Positions 26,029 through 34,959 of a stretch of DNA of 64,000 bases are shown here, piece by piece. The stretch's first letter is position 1, and each line of letters opens with the position of its first letter. Source of the stretch: Pseudomonadota bacterium (lineage in GTDB: Archaea > Thermoplasmatota > SW-10-69-26 > JACQPN01 > JAJPHT01); the NCBI GenBank assembly GCA_021325135.1, contig JAJPHT010000030.1:128001-192000 (forward strand), in the 5' to 3' direction. The notes under the pieces were generated by a model, which made no database searches, was not told where the DNA came from, and saw only the letters and a list, made by a program, of their open reading frames with translations. A program made the translations under genes and the position numbers.

Positions 26029-26269
26029 GCAATACGCCCATTCGGAGTCGAATCCCCGCCATCACGTCGCTCTCGCGCTCGTGAGTCCCGCCAGATACGA
26101 TCGCGTTTGAGGAAGACGGGCAGAGACAGCATCCCGCCCGGCGTCGGCGAGGCCGCAGCGCTTCGGCATGCAGCAGATTCCGAACCCGTGGTCGTCACGA
26201 ATCAGGATTTCGCGAGCGTCGTCCGGGGCGAGCGAGTGGACCGCGACCCGCTTGGGCCGGCGCCCGCGC

Positions 26270-27862
26270 TTATGCGGAGGCCGGCCCGCCCGCGCGTAAG
26301 ACCTGGATGGCCTGCTTGTATCTGGTCGTGAGGTCGTCCTTGGCGAACTCACGTCCATCGCTGCGCGATTCGGGATCGGGAGCGAGTTCGAAGACCTCTT
26401 GCGGCCTTGAGATGCGCAGGGCGAAGAGGAGGGCGGCCGCGACGCGCCGCGGGATGAAAAAGCGCTCGCGACTGCTGACAAGCTCCACAGAGGAGGCCTG
26501 CACGAGCCGCCGCCTTGAGGCCGACATGCGGTCGATCTCCGAGAGGAGCGTCGTCTCGTGCATCAAGGACTCGCCGACCTTGCCGCCCCCCATGCGCGGC
26601 GCGTTGGGCAGCGGCATGAACCCCAAGATGGGGACGAACTCGTGGTACTTCTGCCGCACCTCCTCCGGCTTCGGCCTGAAGTATTTCTTCCTGGCGTCCT
26701 TCAAGAGGTCGCCGCGAAAGTGCTTGCTCCAGTTGTCCGGAACATCGTGCATCTCGCACACCTGCTCGCCGAAGTGCCGCTGGCAGTGGCACGTCCAGAC
26801 GCGAAGCGGGTCACGCAGATCCTTCTCCGTCATGAGCCCAAGGCGCAGGCAGTCGTCCGTGAACAAGGTCCGGTACATCTGGCCCTGCACGAGCGGCGTC
26901 CCGCGGTCGCTGAGCCACAACGTGGAGTAGAGCGGCACGCCGTCCTTGTCGCGGCGGACCTTGCTCTCCCACCACGCGAGGTGCTGCTCCAAGATCGGGC
27001 GGAGCTCAGCATCGATCACGCTCCAGCGGTTCCCCTTGCGCTTCTCCCGCATCCGCTCCCCGTTCGGCTTCGTCTTGAACGGGATGTACACCATGTCCCC
27101 GCCCTCGTCGAAGGCCTTAACGTGTGGGTGCTTCCGGAAGCCCTCCTCGAAGCCCCGAGGCATCGGCAAGCCCTTCGGCATCGGGAGACCGAAGCTCGCG
27201 TAGCGGTCGAGCAGGAACATCTCGTTGGGCCGGAACCACCACTTCGCCGAGCATGCGTAGAACGCCCGCCGCTGCGCGTGCGCCGTCTCGTTGACGAGCC
27301 GCACCTGCTCCTCCACGGTCGGGTTGCGGCGCCGTTCCGAATCGTCCGGGTCGATGGGATCCTCTTCCCAGAACTCGGAAACGACATCCGCCATGATATT
27401 GAAGGGGACCGCTCCGATCTTGGCGAGGAACTTGAAGAACTTGCTCAACGCGTTGACGCGGTGCGAGACCATGGGCTTCGTGAAAAGGGGGCACCCCTGG
27501 CAGTTCTCGCGGGCCGCGACCGCGGCCGGCTTCGATCCCAGCCAGACTTGGCGGCGGCATACCGCATGCTCCTCGATGAACGGCATCGGGCGGAAGCTGC
27601 CGCAGTAGTTCGCCTCGACGAAGTGCAGATGCGCCCAGATGTCGGCCTTCGTCCAGTTCCGGAGCGGAATCTCCTCGCCATCAGGTTTCCGCATGTAGTT
27701 GAGCGCGTCCCGGATGCTGCACAGGTACCCTGTCAGGGTTGGCTTTGCGAGGTGCACGGTCCGGCTGAACGTATCCAGCAACTCAGCGTTGGTCACGTTG
27801 TTGCGGACGCCCGGCCGCACAGGGACGATCTCGACGCGTTGCCGAAGGCGCGGGTCGATCAC
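26270..27862 (-). CDS. Tyrosine recombinase/integrase (archaeal RGD-type), 530 aa
   Basis: ALSKFFKFL core-binding helix; WFRPNE (catalytic Arg), KRKGNR, HCQRH (HxxR), FRGD in place of LGH, KKYF (catalytic Tyr), VRQKY...PILG; GTG start overlapping the upstream TGA with a GGAGGTG RBS. Confidence 0.92.
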   Translation of the reverse strand: MIDPRLRQRVEIVPVRPGVRNNVTNAELLDTFSRTVHLAKPTLTGYLCSIRDALNYMRKPDGEEIPLRNWTKADIWAHLHFVEANYCGSFRPMPFIEEHAVCRRQVWLGSKPAAVAARENCQGCPLFTKPMVSHRVNALSKFFKFLAKIGAVPFNIMADVVSEFWEEDPIDPDDSERRRNPTVEEQVRLVNETAHAQRRAFYACSAKWWFRPNEMFLLDRYASFGLPMPKGLPMPRGFEEGFRKHPHVKAFDEGGDMVYIPFKTKPNGERMREKRKGNRWSVIDAELRPILEQHLAWWESKVRRDKDGVPLYSTLWLSDRGTPLVQGQMYRTLFTDDCLRLGLMTEKDLRDPLRVWTCHCQRHFGEQVCEMHDVPDNWSKHFRGDLLKDARKKYFRPKPEEVRQKYHEFVPILGFMPLPNAPRMGGGKVGESLMHETTLLSEIDRMSASRRRLVQASSVELVSSRERFFIPRRVAAALLFALRISRPQEVFELAPDPESRSDGREFAKDDLTTRYKQAIQVLRAGGPASA

Positions 27863-28236
27863 GCTTGCACCTCCTGCTGGAGGAACCGGGCCACGACCTC
27901 CGCCCCGGTTGGGAGGCCGTGCAACAGGACGATCAGCTTCTCGCGCTGCTCCTGGAGCCGCCGGTTCTGCTTCCGGTACTCCTCCGTCTCCTCGCGTGCC
28001 GTCTCCAGCCACCGCCGCAGCCGCTCGACCTCTTGCTTCAGGCTCTCAACGTACTCCGGCGGGAACACCGACCCACTGATCGCGTTCGCGACCATCTGGA
28101 CCACCCACGCGCTGAAGTCCGACCCGAAACCGGCCAGCCGCGCCTGCTCCTTCCGCGCGCGCAGGTCCATCAGCGTGGGCCAATAGACCGTCGAGGAGCG
28201 ATCCCGCCGTTCCTTCCAATACTCGGACGCTGCCAT
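27859..28236 (-). CDS. Integrase-associated ribbon-helix-helix plus coiled-coil protein
   Basis: STVYWPT strand, two helices (RARKEQARLAG..DFSAWVVQMVANAI), then a coiled coil; coupled to the integrase by a GTGA overlap. Confidence 0.85.
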   Translation of the reverse strand: MAASEYWKERRDRSSTVYWPTLMDLRARKEQARLAGFGSDFSAWVVQMVANAISGSVFPPEYVESLKQEVERLRRWLETAREETEEYRKQNRRLQEQREKLIVLLHGLPTGAEVVARFLQQEVQA

Positions 28237-28244
28237 GTGCGAAT

Positions 28245-28535
28245 CACCATCGTGTCTGCTTCACACGAGATGGGCATTCCCACGCCGGCCCGACAAGCCC
28301 GACCGGCTCGACGGGCCGAACGCCCGCCCCCAATCCAGCTAGCCCGTAGGCGTACGGGAGCTAGCTACTTTGCTTCACTTGGGAAGAAGTAAGGCGCGGG
28401 AACTGGCTCCTCCGTGCAGGCAACGTGGGGCTTCCGACCAGGTAGCCCTGCGCGCACCCGTTTTGTCGCGTTCTCTTGGCGTTTCCGCCTCCCGTTTTCT
28501 GCTGAGGTTTTCGGCTCGGGCGTTCCCCGCCCAGA
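28245..28535 (-). ncRNA. Candidate structured RNA/leader upstream of the integrase operon
   Basis: Consecutive hairpins at 28247-73, 28286-318, 28337-66, 28366-91, 28394-455, 28478-89 (GAAA tetraloop on the minus strand) and 28518-32; no convincing ORF. Confidence 0.4.
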
Positions 28536-28704
28536 TCGTCGCGCCGATTCGGCTCGACGCCGCGCGCGCTCGGGCGGGAGCAGAGCCTGGTCGAGAAGGT
28601 CGGCCCTCTTGAGCACGGTCCTCGCCGCGGTCGCGACGCAAGGTTTCAACGACGCGACCAAGGGGTTGATGTCTTCCACGCTTTCTGCCGGCGCGCCTGT
28701 TGGC

Positions 28705-29052
28705 ATGGAGAGGCTTCCCTTGAAGACAACCGCCCTCACGCTCGCGTTCACCCTGCTCGCCCTCGCCACGCTCGCGCCGCTCGCTGCCGCGGGGCCCCTT
28801 GACGCCGTTGCCACGCCGCCCCTGCCCAGCGTCCGCGCCGGCGCGTCCTTCTCGGAGGGGCAGCTCGCCTACCACGTCGCGGTCGGTGACAACGGGGCCA
28901 CGGGCTCCGGGCCCTCCCTCGATCTGCCCCCGGGCAAGTATTTCGCGGATTGCGTCGGCGGCAAGCTCTACATCTACAACGTCATCGGCGTGCTCGTGGG
29001 CCGCGGCGCGTGCGATGGAACGTGGTTCGAGGCCTTCATCGTCACGGCTTGA
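28705..29052 (+). CDS. Small secreted hypothetical protein
   Basis: Signal peptide (KTTALTLAFTLLALATLAPLAAA), beta-rich mature part with two Cys. Confidence 0.7.
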   Translation: MERLPLKTTALTLAFTLLALATLAPLAAAGPLDAVATPPLPSVRAGASFSEGQLAYHVAVGDNGATGSGPSLDLPPGKYFADCVGGKLYIYNVIGVLVGRGACDGTWFEAFIVTA

Positions 29053-29251
29053 AGCAAGGACGGGGCTCGGATTGACTCGCTCGGGGGTGCGGGCGATGCT
29101 GCGGCGCTCCCGGCGGGCGTGCGCGTCCGACCCCGTCGTCGGGTCGGCCCACGGATTCTTCTCGCTCCCGGGCAGCGCCCAAGCCACGCGCCCCGCCCGC
29201 ATGCCCGGTGGCCAAAACGCTGTTGCATGCTCCACCCTGCTGCGGACCTGC

Positions 29252-29722
29252 ATGGCCTACTCTCCGACCCAGAACGCGAACGTCAGGACCGGCAATGCGA
29301 CGGCGGACGAGAACCTCAAGACGTTCGATCGTCTCGACTTCGAGTCCTGGAACACGAGGGACATGGACGTCTTCGAGGAGATCCACGCGCCCGGCGTCAT
29401 CGTCCATTATCCCGACGGGACGAAGACGGAAGGCTACGACGCGCACGCGAAGTGGGCGCAGGGGTTCTTCGCCGCCTTCGACTCGAAGATCCTCACGCAC
29501 CCCATCAAGACCGCGACGGGGGATTGGACGAGCGTCGTGGGCGAGATGGAGGTCACCTTCGCGCGGCCCATGAAGACGCCCGACGGCAGGACCCTCCAGC
29601 CCACGAGAAAGACGTGGAAGGGCCGGATGTGCACGGTCGCGCGCTGGAAGGAGGGCCGCATCGAGGAGGAGATCCTCTTCTGGGACAACGCGGCGCTCTT
29701 CAAGGCCGTCGGCCTGGCGTAG
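29252..29722 (+). CDS. SnoaL-like ester cyclase (NTF2 fold)
   Basis: NLKTFDRLDFESWN...HAPGVIVHYPDG...HPIKTATGDW...MCTVARWKEGRIEEEILFWDN. Confidence 0.88.
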   Translation: MAYSPTQNANVRTGNATADENLKTFDRLDFESWNTRDMDVFEEIHAPGVIVHYPDGTKTEGYDAHAKWAQGFFAAFDSKILTHPIKTATGDWTSVVGEMEVTFARPMKTPDGRTLQPTRKTWKGRMCTVARWKEGRIEEEILFWDNAALFKAVGLA

Positions 29723-29932
29723 CCGGCTGGCCGTGCGCGCCGCGGCGATGACAAGGAGAGCCGCAAGGGGTCGACCGGTCCGGAGCTCGGGGATTGGCGG
29801 CCAAGCGGGGGAGGTGGGGACCGCCCTTGCGGCAGCTCGCACGGGCGGCGGAGGAGCAAAGCCCTGCCGGGGCCGCCTCGCGCCGGATGCGAGCCCTTCG
29901 GTTGCGCCGCGCACCTTGCGGGCTGCGCGGTG

Positions 29933-31153
29933 CTATCGCGGAAGGGGCGCGGCGTCGTGGCCCCCCGCGGGGAAGGGCGCGCGGCGCGCGACCCACCAGA
30001 GCCCCACGCTCGTCGCGAGGTCCGCGGCGAGGATCACGAGGAAGCAGTACGCAGGGAAGCGCTCGGTGCCCGGCACGCCCATGGCGACGGGGATGGCGGC
30101 GATGACGGCGGTGGCGAGGCCGCGGGGCATCATCGCGAGCAGCAGGCCGCGGGAGGGGGAGCGCCGCGCGGCGAGGCCGATGCCCACGACGCGGGCGAGG
30201 AGCAGCGCGGCGAGGAGGCCGAGGCCCGCGAGGGCGAAGCCGGGCGTCAGCACGGAGCGCGGGATGCTGAGGCCCAGGAAGACGAAGTAGATGCTGCGCA
30301 GGAGGAAGATCAGCTCGCTCTGGAGGCCGCGCGAGGCGGAGGGAAGAGGAGCGAGGTCGTCGATGCCGCCCAGGCGCATGAGGGCGGGCGCGTTGCCCAG
30401 CGTGAGGCCGAAGGCCAGCGCGGCGAGGTAGCCCGAGCCGCCGAGGCGCTGCGTGACGACGTAGGCGAGCAGGAGCGCGGCCAGCGTCACCATGTAGGCG
30501 TGCTTCTCGGGGCGCCAGCGGTGGAGGAGGCGCGCCCACGCGAGGCCCGCCAGGAGCCCGACGGCGGCGCCCACGGTAAAGCGCGCGGCGAGGAGGCCCA
30601 GCCCCTGCGCGGGCGAGCCGTGGGCGAGCATCATGCCCGCGACGGTGGTCACGACGACGGCGCTGAGGAGGTCGCCCAGGCTCGTCTCCACGGTGAGGAT
30701 GACGCGCGCCTCGGTGGGCGCGTTCACCTGCTGGAGGAGCGGGATCACGACGAGCATGCCCGTCGCGGCGACGGCGTAGCCGAAGAGGAGCGCCAGCGCG
30801 GGGGGGAGGCCCAGGAGGAGCCACGCGGCGCCGCCCACGAGGACGCCCGTGAGCGCCCAGGTGGTGAGCCCCATGCCCAGCGCCCGGTTGGCGTGCGCGC
30901 GGATGTCCTCCCAGGCCAGCTCCAGGCCGCCCTCGAAGAGGACGACCACCAGCGCGAGGGGCGAGAGGAAGGGGATCGCGGGCGCCAGGGGCCCCGGGTC
31001 GACGAGGCCCAGGACGGGGCCCGCCAGGATGCCCAGCGCGATGAGGAAGCTCACGTCGCTGACGCGGAAGCGCCGGAAGACGAGGTGCCCCGCGTAGCCG
31101 GCCGCCAGGGCTCCGCCCAGGAGGGTGATGAAGCCCAGGCTCGCGTCCGCCAC
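29933..31153 (-). CDS. Cation:proton antiporter (NhaP/CPA1 type)
   Basis: About 12 TM; LFEGGLEL, ETSLGDL, FVFLG, MMPRGLATAV motifs. Confidence 0.9.
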   Translation of the reverse strand: MADASLGFITLLGGALAAGYAGHLVFRRFRVSDVSFLIALGILAGPVLGLVDPGPLAPAIPFLSPLALVVVLFEGGLELAWEDIRAHANRALGMGLTTWALTGVLVGGAAWLLLGLPPALALLFGYAVAATGMLVVIPLLQQVNAPTEARVILTVETSLGDLLSAVVVTTVAGMMLAHGSPAQGLGLLAARFTVGAAVGLLAGLAWARLLHRWRPEKHAYMVTLAALLLAYVVTQRLGGSGYLAALAFGLTLGNAPALMRLGGIDDLAPLPSASRGLQSELIFLLRSIYFVFLGLSIPRSVLTPGFALAGLGLLAALLLARVVGIGLAARRSPSRGLLLAMMPRGLATAVIAAIPVAMGVPGTERFPAYCFLVILAADLATSVGLWWVARRAPFPAGGHDAAPLPR

Positions 31154-31206
31154 CCCGGCCCCTCTCTTGGCTCCCCCCTATGAACCCTGCCCCAGGGTCC
31201 CCCGGG

Positions 31207-32013
31207 CTAGGGCGGGGTGAGGCGCGCCTCGGCCACGGCGGAGTCGGGGATCATGGTCACGATGGGCTGCCCCGCGCTCGTCTTGGGCCCGTCGAAGTCG
31301 AACACGTAGTAGGTCCCGTCCGAGTGCGCCAGGAGGCGCCAGTCCTGCCGCTCGTGCGAGGCGTTGTCCACGAACTCGAAGTGCACGCGCAGGAGGGTCG
31401 ACTTGTCCCCCGCGGCGTCGATGGAGCCGTTGGAGTCGCCCAGGAGGCTCCCCAGGAGGAGGGTGCAGGTGAGGAGCCCCACGACGACGATCGCGACGAG
31501 GGCGACGTCGTAGGTGCGCGAGCGCCCCAGGGTCGGCCCGTGGGGGAGCTCCCGAAAGAAGGACCACGCCAGCCGCGCGAGCAGCGCGAGCAGGATCACC
31601 ACCGCGACCAGCAGGAGCCAGGCGTGCGCCTTCGCGAGGTCGAACGCGATCATCGCGGTGCGGACGGCGGCGAACGTGAAGATGGCGAAGGGGACGAGCA
31701 TCGCGAACGCGCGGAGGGACCGCTCCGTCTTGCCGCCTTTCGAGAGGCCCCCCTCGGAGGCCGCGAAGAGCCACAGGAGGAAGACGAGGATGAAGGCGCC
31801 TCCGGCCTCGAACCCCTTCTCCAGCAGCACGCTGGTGTCCCAGCCGGGCTCCCCCGCGGGGAGGCGCCAGTGGCCGAAGTACGCGTCGCGTTGGGCGTGG
31901 CCCCCGGCGTAGGCGATGGCGGTGAGGATCGCCACCAGGAGGGAGGCGTCCCCCAGGAAGCCCAGCGAGCGGGGCCTCATCTTCTCGTCCGCGTCCGTCA
32001 CGTCGCAGGCCAC
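31207..32013 (-). CDS. Hypothetical multi-TM membrane protein
   Basis: About 5 hydrophobic segments and a small C-terminal beta domain. Confidence 0.7.
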   Translation of the reverse strand: MACDVTDADEKMRPRSLGFLGDASLLVAILTAIAYAGGHAQRDAYFGHWRLPAGEPGWDTSVLLEKGFEAGGAFILVFLLWLFAASEGGLSKGGKTERSLRAFAMLVPFAIFTFAAVRTAMIAFDLAKAHAWLLLVAVVILLALLARLAWSFFRELPHGPTLGRSRTYDVALVAIVVVGLLTCTLLLGSLLGDSNGSIDAAGDKSTLLRVHFEFVDNASHERQDWRLLAHSDGTYYVFDFDGPKTSAGQPIVTMIPDSAVAEARLTPP

Positions 32014-32055
32014 TCCGCGACGGGCGAATAACTTGTCGGAACCGCGCGGGGTGCG

Positions 32056-33750
32056 TTACGACGGGGAGGAGGGCGGCGCGTCCGCGTAGGCCGAGCCGGG
32101 GAGGTCCACCACGGGCAGCGTGACGAGGGAGGGGCCCAGCTTCACGGTGTTGGTGGCGCCGGGCTTGTCGGGGAGGACGTACTTGTCGCTGGAGGCCAGC
32201 GTGAGGACGAGCCTGTGCCCCTTGTCCACGTGGAAGTCGCGGCTGTGCATCGGCCATGCGTAGAGGAGGTCCTTGCCCGGGATCACGTCCACGCCGTGGT
32301 CGAGGCCTTCGCGGTGGCGCGCGTCGAGGTAGCCGCGGGTGATGAACGCGCTGGTGCCGTCGGGGGCCTCGTCGAAGAGGAGCACGTCCCACTGGGTGCT
32401 CGTCGCGCTGCTGGCGGCGGTGAGGTTCACGCGCGGCGCGCCGGAGAGGTGCAGCGGCGCGGCGAGGGGGGCGCTCTCGAAGCGGAGGAACGTGCCGTCG
32501 GCGGGCACGTTGGCGTCGCGGACCTCCTGCACGGCGCGCGGGTCGTCGGTGTACGTCGCGCTGCCGGAGGCGGGGGGAGCGTCCGCGAGCTTGCCGCCCG
32601 CGCCCAGCCAGAAGGTGGCCTCGTGCGCGTCGGCGGGGGGCCACGCGGTGGCGTTGTGGTACTTGCCGCGGTTGTCCTCGACGACCACGGGGGGAAGGTC
32701 CATGGCGCCGTTGTCGCGGCCCAGCATCCAGTGGTCGAGCCAGCGGTGGACGTAGGCGTGGTAGTCCTTGAACGAGGCCGGCACGCCGTGGCCGTGCTGC
32801 TGGAGCCACGCGCGCTTCTCGCCGGGGTACGCGTTGAGGAAGTCGGTGACCAGCGACGTGGGCGTGTTCTCGTCGAGGAAGCCGTGGGCGTAGAGCATGG
32901 GCGCGGTGGCGTTGGCGAGGTCCTTCACGTAGTCGCGCGCCATCCAGTACGCGTCGTAGTCGCTGTCCTTGGCGTAGGCCTCCTGCATCTGCGCGGAGCC
33001 GCACTGGGCGTTGCCCGGCACGCCCTCGGCGTAGGCCACGGGGTCGCGCGGCTTGGGGACGAGCCCCGTCGCGGCCCAGATGGGCTGGTCGGTGTAGACG
33101 ACGCCGAAGGGCAGCTCGCCGAAGAAGCGGGGCACGCCGTTCTCGAAGTAGTAGCGGTACCACTCGGAGACGCCCGAGACGGGGACGATGGTCGTGAGGT
33201 GAGGCGGGTGGAGCGTCGCGGTGCTGATGGGCGTCGTGCCCACGTAGGACGTGCCCATGAGGGCGACCTTCTTGGAGGACCACGACTGGTTGGCGACCCA
33301 CTCCACCAGGGAGTAGCCGTCGCGCGCCTCGTCGGGGCCGCCGGTGCTGAAGCAGCCGCCGCTCTGGCCGCTGCCGCGGACGTGGGCGATGGCGACGGCG
33401 TAGCCGTAGGGGACGTACTCGCTGGCCAGGGCGTCTCCGCTCTTGCCCGACGTCTCGCCCCACGCCTCGTCGTTGGGGTTGAGGCTGCTGGAGTAGGGCG
33501 TGTACTGGATGAGCGTCGGGAAGGGGCCCGAGCCGTTGGGGAGCTGCACGTCGATGTGCAGCGGCACGCCGTCGTAGGCGGGCACGTCCTCCGAGAGGAA
33601 CGAGCCCAGGGTGTGCGTCGCCGTGGTGAGGGGGTCCCGCCCCTTGGCGGGCGCGGCGGAGGGGGTCGCGGTGGGCGCGTCCGCAAGGCAGCCCGCGAGG
33701 AGGGGGGCCGCGACGAGGAGGAGGCCGAGGAGGGCGGCCCGGGTCTGCAT
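32056..33750 (-). CDS. CocE/NonD family (Xaa-Pro dipeptidyl-peptidase S15-like) lipoprotein
   Basis: LAGC lipobox; YTPY, VRGSGQSGG, GTSYVG nucleophile elbow, HGFLDEN, C-terminal jelly-roll domain. Confidence 0.92.
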   Translation of the reverse strand: MQTRAALLGLLLVAAPLLAGCLADAPTATPSAAPAKGRDPLTTATHTLGSFLSEDVPAYDGVPLHIDVQLPNGSGPFPTLIQYTPYSSSLNPNDEAWGETSGKSGDALASEYVPYGYAVAIAHVRGSGQSGGCFSTGGPDEARDGYSLVEWVANQSWSSKKVALMGTSYVGTTPISTATLHPPHLTTIVPVSGVSEWYRYYFENGVPRFFGELPFGVVYTDQPIWAATGLVPKPRDPVAYAEGVPGNAQCGSAQMQEAYAKDSDYDAYWMARDYVKDLANATAPMLYAHGFLDENTPTSLVTDFLNAYPGEKRAWLQQHGHGVPASFKDYHAYVHRWLDHWMLGRDNGAMDLPPVVVEDNRGKYHNATAWPPADAHEATFWLGAGGKLADAPPASGSATYTDDPRAVQEVRDANVPADGTFLRFESAPLAAPLHLSGAPRVNLTAASSATSTQWDVLLFDEAPDGTSAFITRGYLDARHREGLDHGVDVIPGKDLLYAWPMHSRDFHVDKGHRLVLTLASSDKYVLPDKPGATNTVKLGPSLVTLPVVDLPGSAYADAPPSSPS

Positions 33751-33864
33751 GCCGGCCGGAGCCCCAGGAGGGATAGGTAAGCCTTGTTGTGGCCTGGACC
33801 CGCCCGCCATTCCTCAACAAGGCCTCCAACAAGCTTATCAGCCCTCGTCCGGGCTTTGGCGGCC

Positions 33865-34959
33865 ATGCACGGCAGGCTGTCGGGGATCGTTCCCGCCCTC
33901 CTTCTCCTCGCGCTGGCCTTCACGGGCTGCATGGGCCAGGGTCCGCACTTCGAGAACGCGGGCGTCAAGGAGGTCTCTGCCAAGCGGAACGCGGACCTCG
34001 CGGCCAGCGCCGCCAAGGCGTGGGACAAGTCCGCGGCGCTGGTGGCTGTGGGCGGCGCCGAGGCGCAGGACGCGCCCGACCCCGACCTGCCCGCCGACCC
34101 CGACGTGGGCAACGGCCTGGCCACCCAGTGGACCTACGTCTACCAGTCGGCCGAAGGCAAGTCGCGCGCCTTCGAGGTCAGCGCGGACGGCACCGTCGTC
34201 TCCAAGAACGAGTCCGAGGCCTTCGACGACTACGGCAGCTACGCCGGGAGCTACGCGGCGGCCTACCAGTCCTACCGCGCCCAGTCCGCGGACGGCAAGC
34301 CCCTGGGCAACTGGTCGTGGGACTCGGATGCTGCGCTCGCCGCGGCGCTGAAGAACGAGACCTTCCGCGGCGCGGCGCGCGCGCCCAACTCCACCCTGGC
34401 CGAGGCGCTGGGCAACACGGGCGTCCCCGACGCGTGGGTCTTCATGGCCAGCTCGCCCGAGCGCTCCGTCATCGCGGCGGTCAACGCCACCAGCGGCGAG
34501 ATCGTGGGCATCCACGACCTCTCGCGCTACTCGTGGCAGGGCAGCATGGAGACGCAGGCCGCGGTCGCGCCCCCGACGCCGCCCACGCCCCCCTCCACGC
34601 CCAACGCCACGGCCGCGCCCCCGGTCCACCTCCACGAGTCGGGCTCCCTCACGCCCGCGCAGTCCACCGACACGTTCCGCTTCCACCTCGCGGCGCCCGA
34701 GTCGGGCCGGCTCAACGTCACCATGGTCTCCAGCGGCGACGTGCTCTCCTACGGCTGGAGCCTCATGCAGGGCGAGAAGGTCATCAAGACCGACAACTCG
34801 GGCACGTTCTCCCTCTCGGGCGTCAACGACGCCATGCGCCTTGCCCTCGACAAGCCCGGCGACTACTCGCTCGTGCTGGACATGTCCTACGTCCAGGGCG
34901 CGGTGCCCCTGGCCAAGGTCAGCTACGACGTCGGTCTCGACCTCGTGCCCTCCAACTGA
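33865..34959 (+). CDS. Hypothetical lipoprotein
   Basis: FTGC lipobox after a hydrophobic stretch; PepSY-like repeats, Pro/Thr linker, C-terminal beta domain; AAGCTTATCA TATA-like element about 30 bp upstream. Confidence 0.8.
   Translation: MHGRLSGIVPALLLLALAFTGCMGQGPHFENAGVKEVSAKRNADLAASAAKAWDKSAALVAVGGAEAQDAPDPDLPADPDVGNGLATQWTYVYQSAEGKSRAFEVSADGTVVSKNESEAFDDYGSYAGSYAAAYQSYRAQSADGKPLGNWSWDSDAALAAALKNETFRGAARAPNSTLAEALGNTGVPDAWVFMASSPERSVIAAVNATSGEIVGIHDLSRYSWQGSMETQAAVAPPTPPTPPSTPNATAAPPVHLHESGSLTPAQSTDTFRFHLAAPESGRLNVTMVSSGDVLSYGWSLMQGEKVIKTDNSGTFSLSGVNDAMRLALDKPGDYSLVLDMSYVQGAVPLAKVSYDVGLDLVPSN

Larger units (their letters stand above)
1..28540. mobile_element. Integrated mobile element (provirus/ICE-like), right-hand part; left end outside the window, right boundary approximate
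   Basis: Tyrosine integrase at the right end, ParB, wHTH/Zn-finger genes and a long block of unassignable membrane proteins; no housekeeping genes. By eye, more A/T-containing codons (TTG, CAA, GAA) than the DNA after ~29.7 kb. No att repeat can be verified in this window. Confidence 0.8.

Noticed and set aside
26036-26065. tRNA fragment (GGAGTCGAATCCCCGCC) as a possible att core
   Set aside because: Only a loose T-arm resemblance, with no acceptor or anticodon arms and no second copy in the window.
28245-28535. tRNA, RNase P RNA or SRP RNA as the integration target
   Set aside because: No T-loop GTTCRA/cloverleaf, no GAGGAAAGTCC-like P4 strand and no SRP helix-8 motif on either strand.
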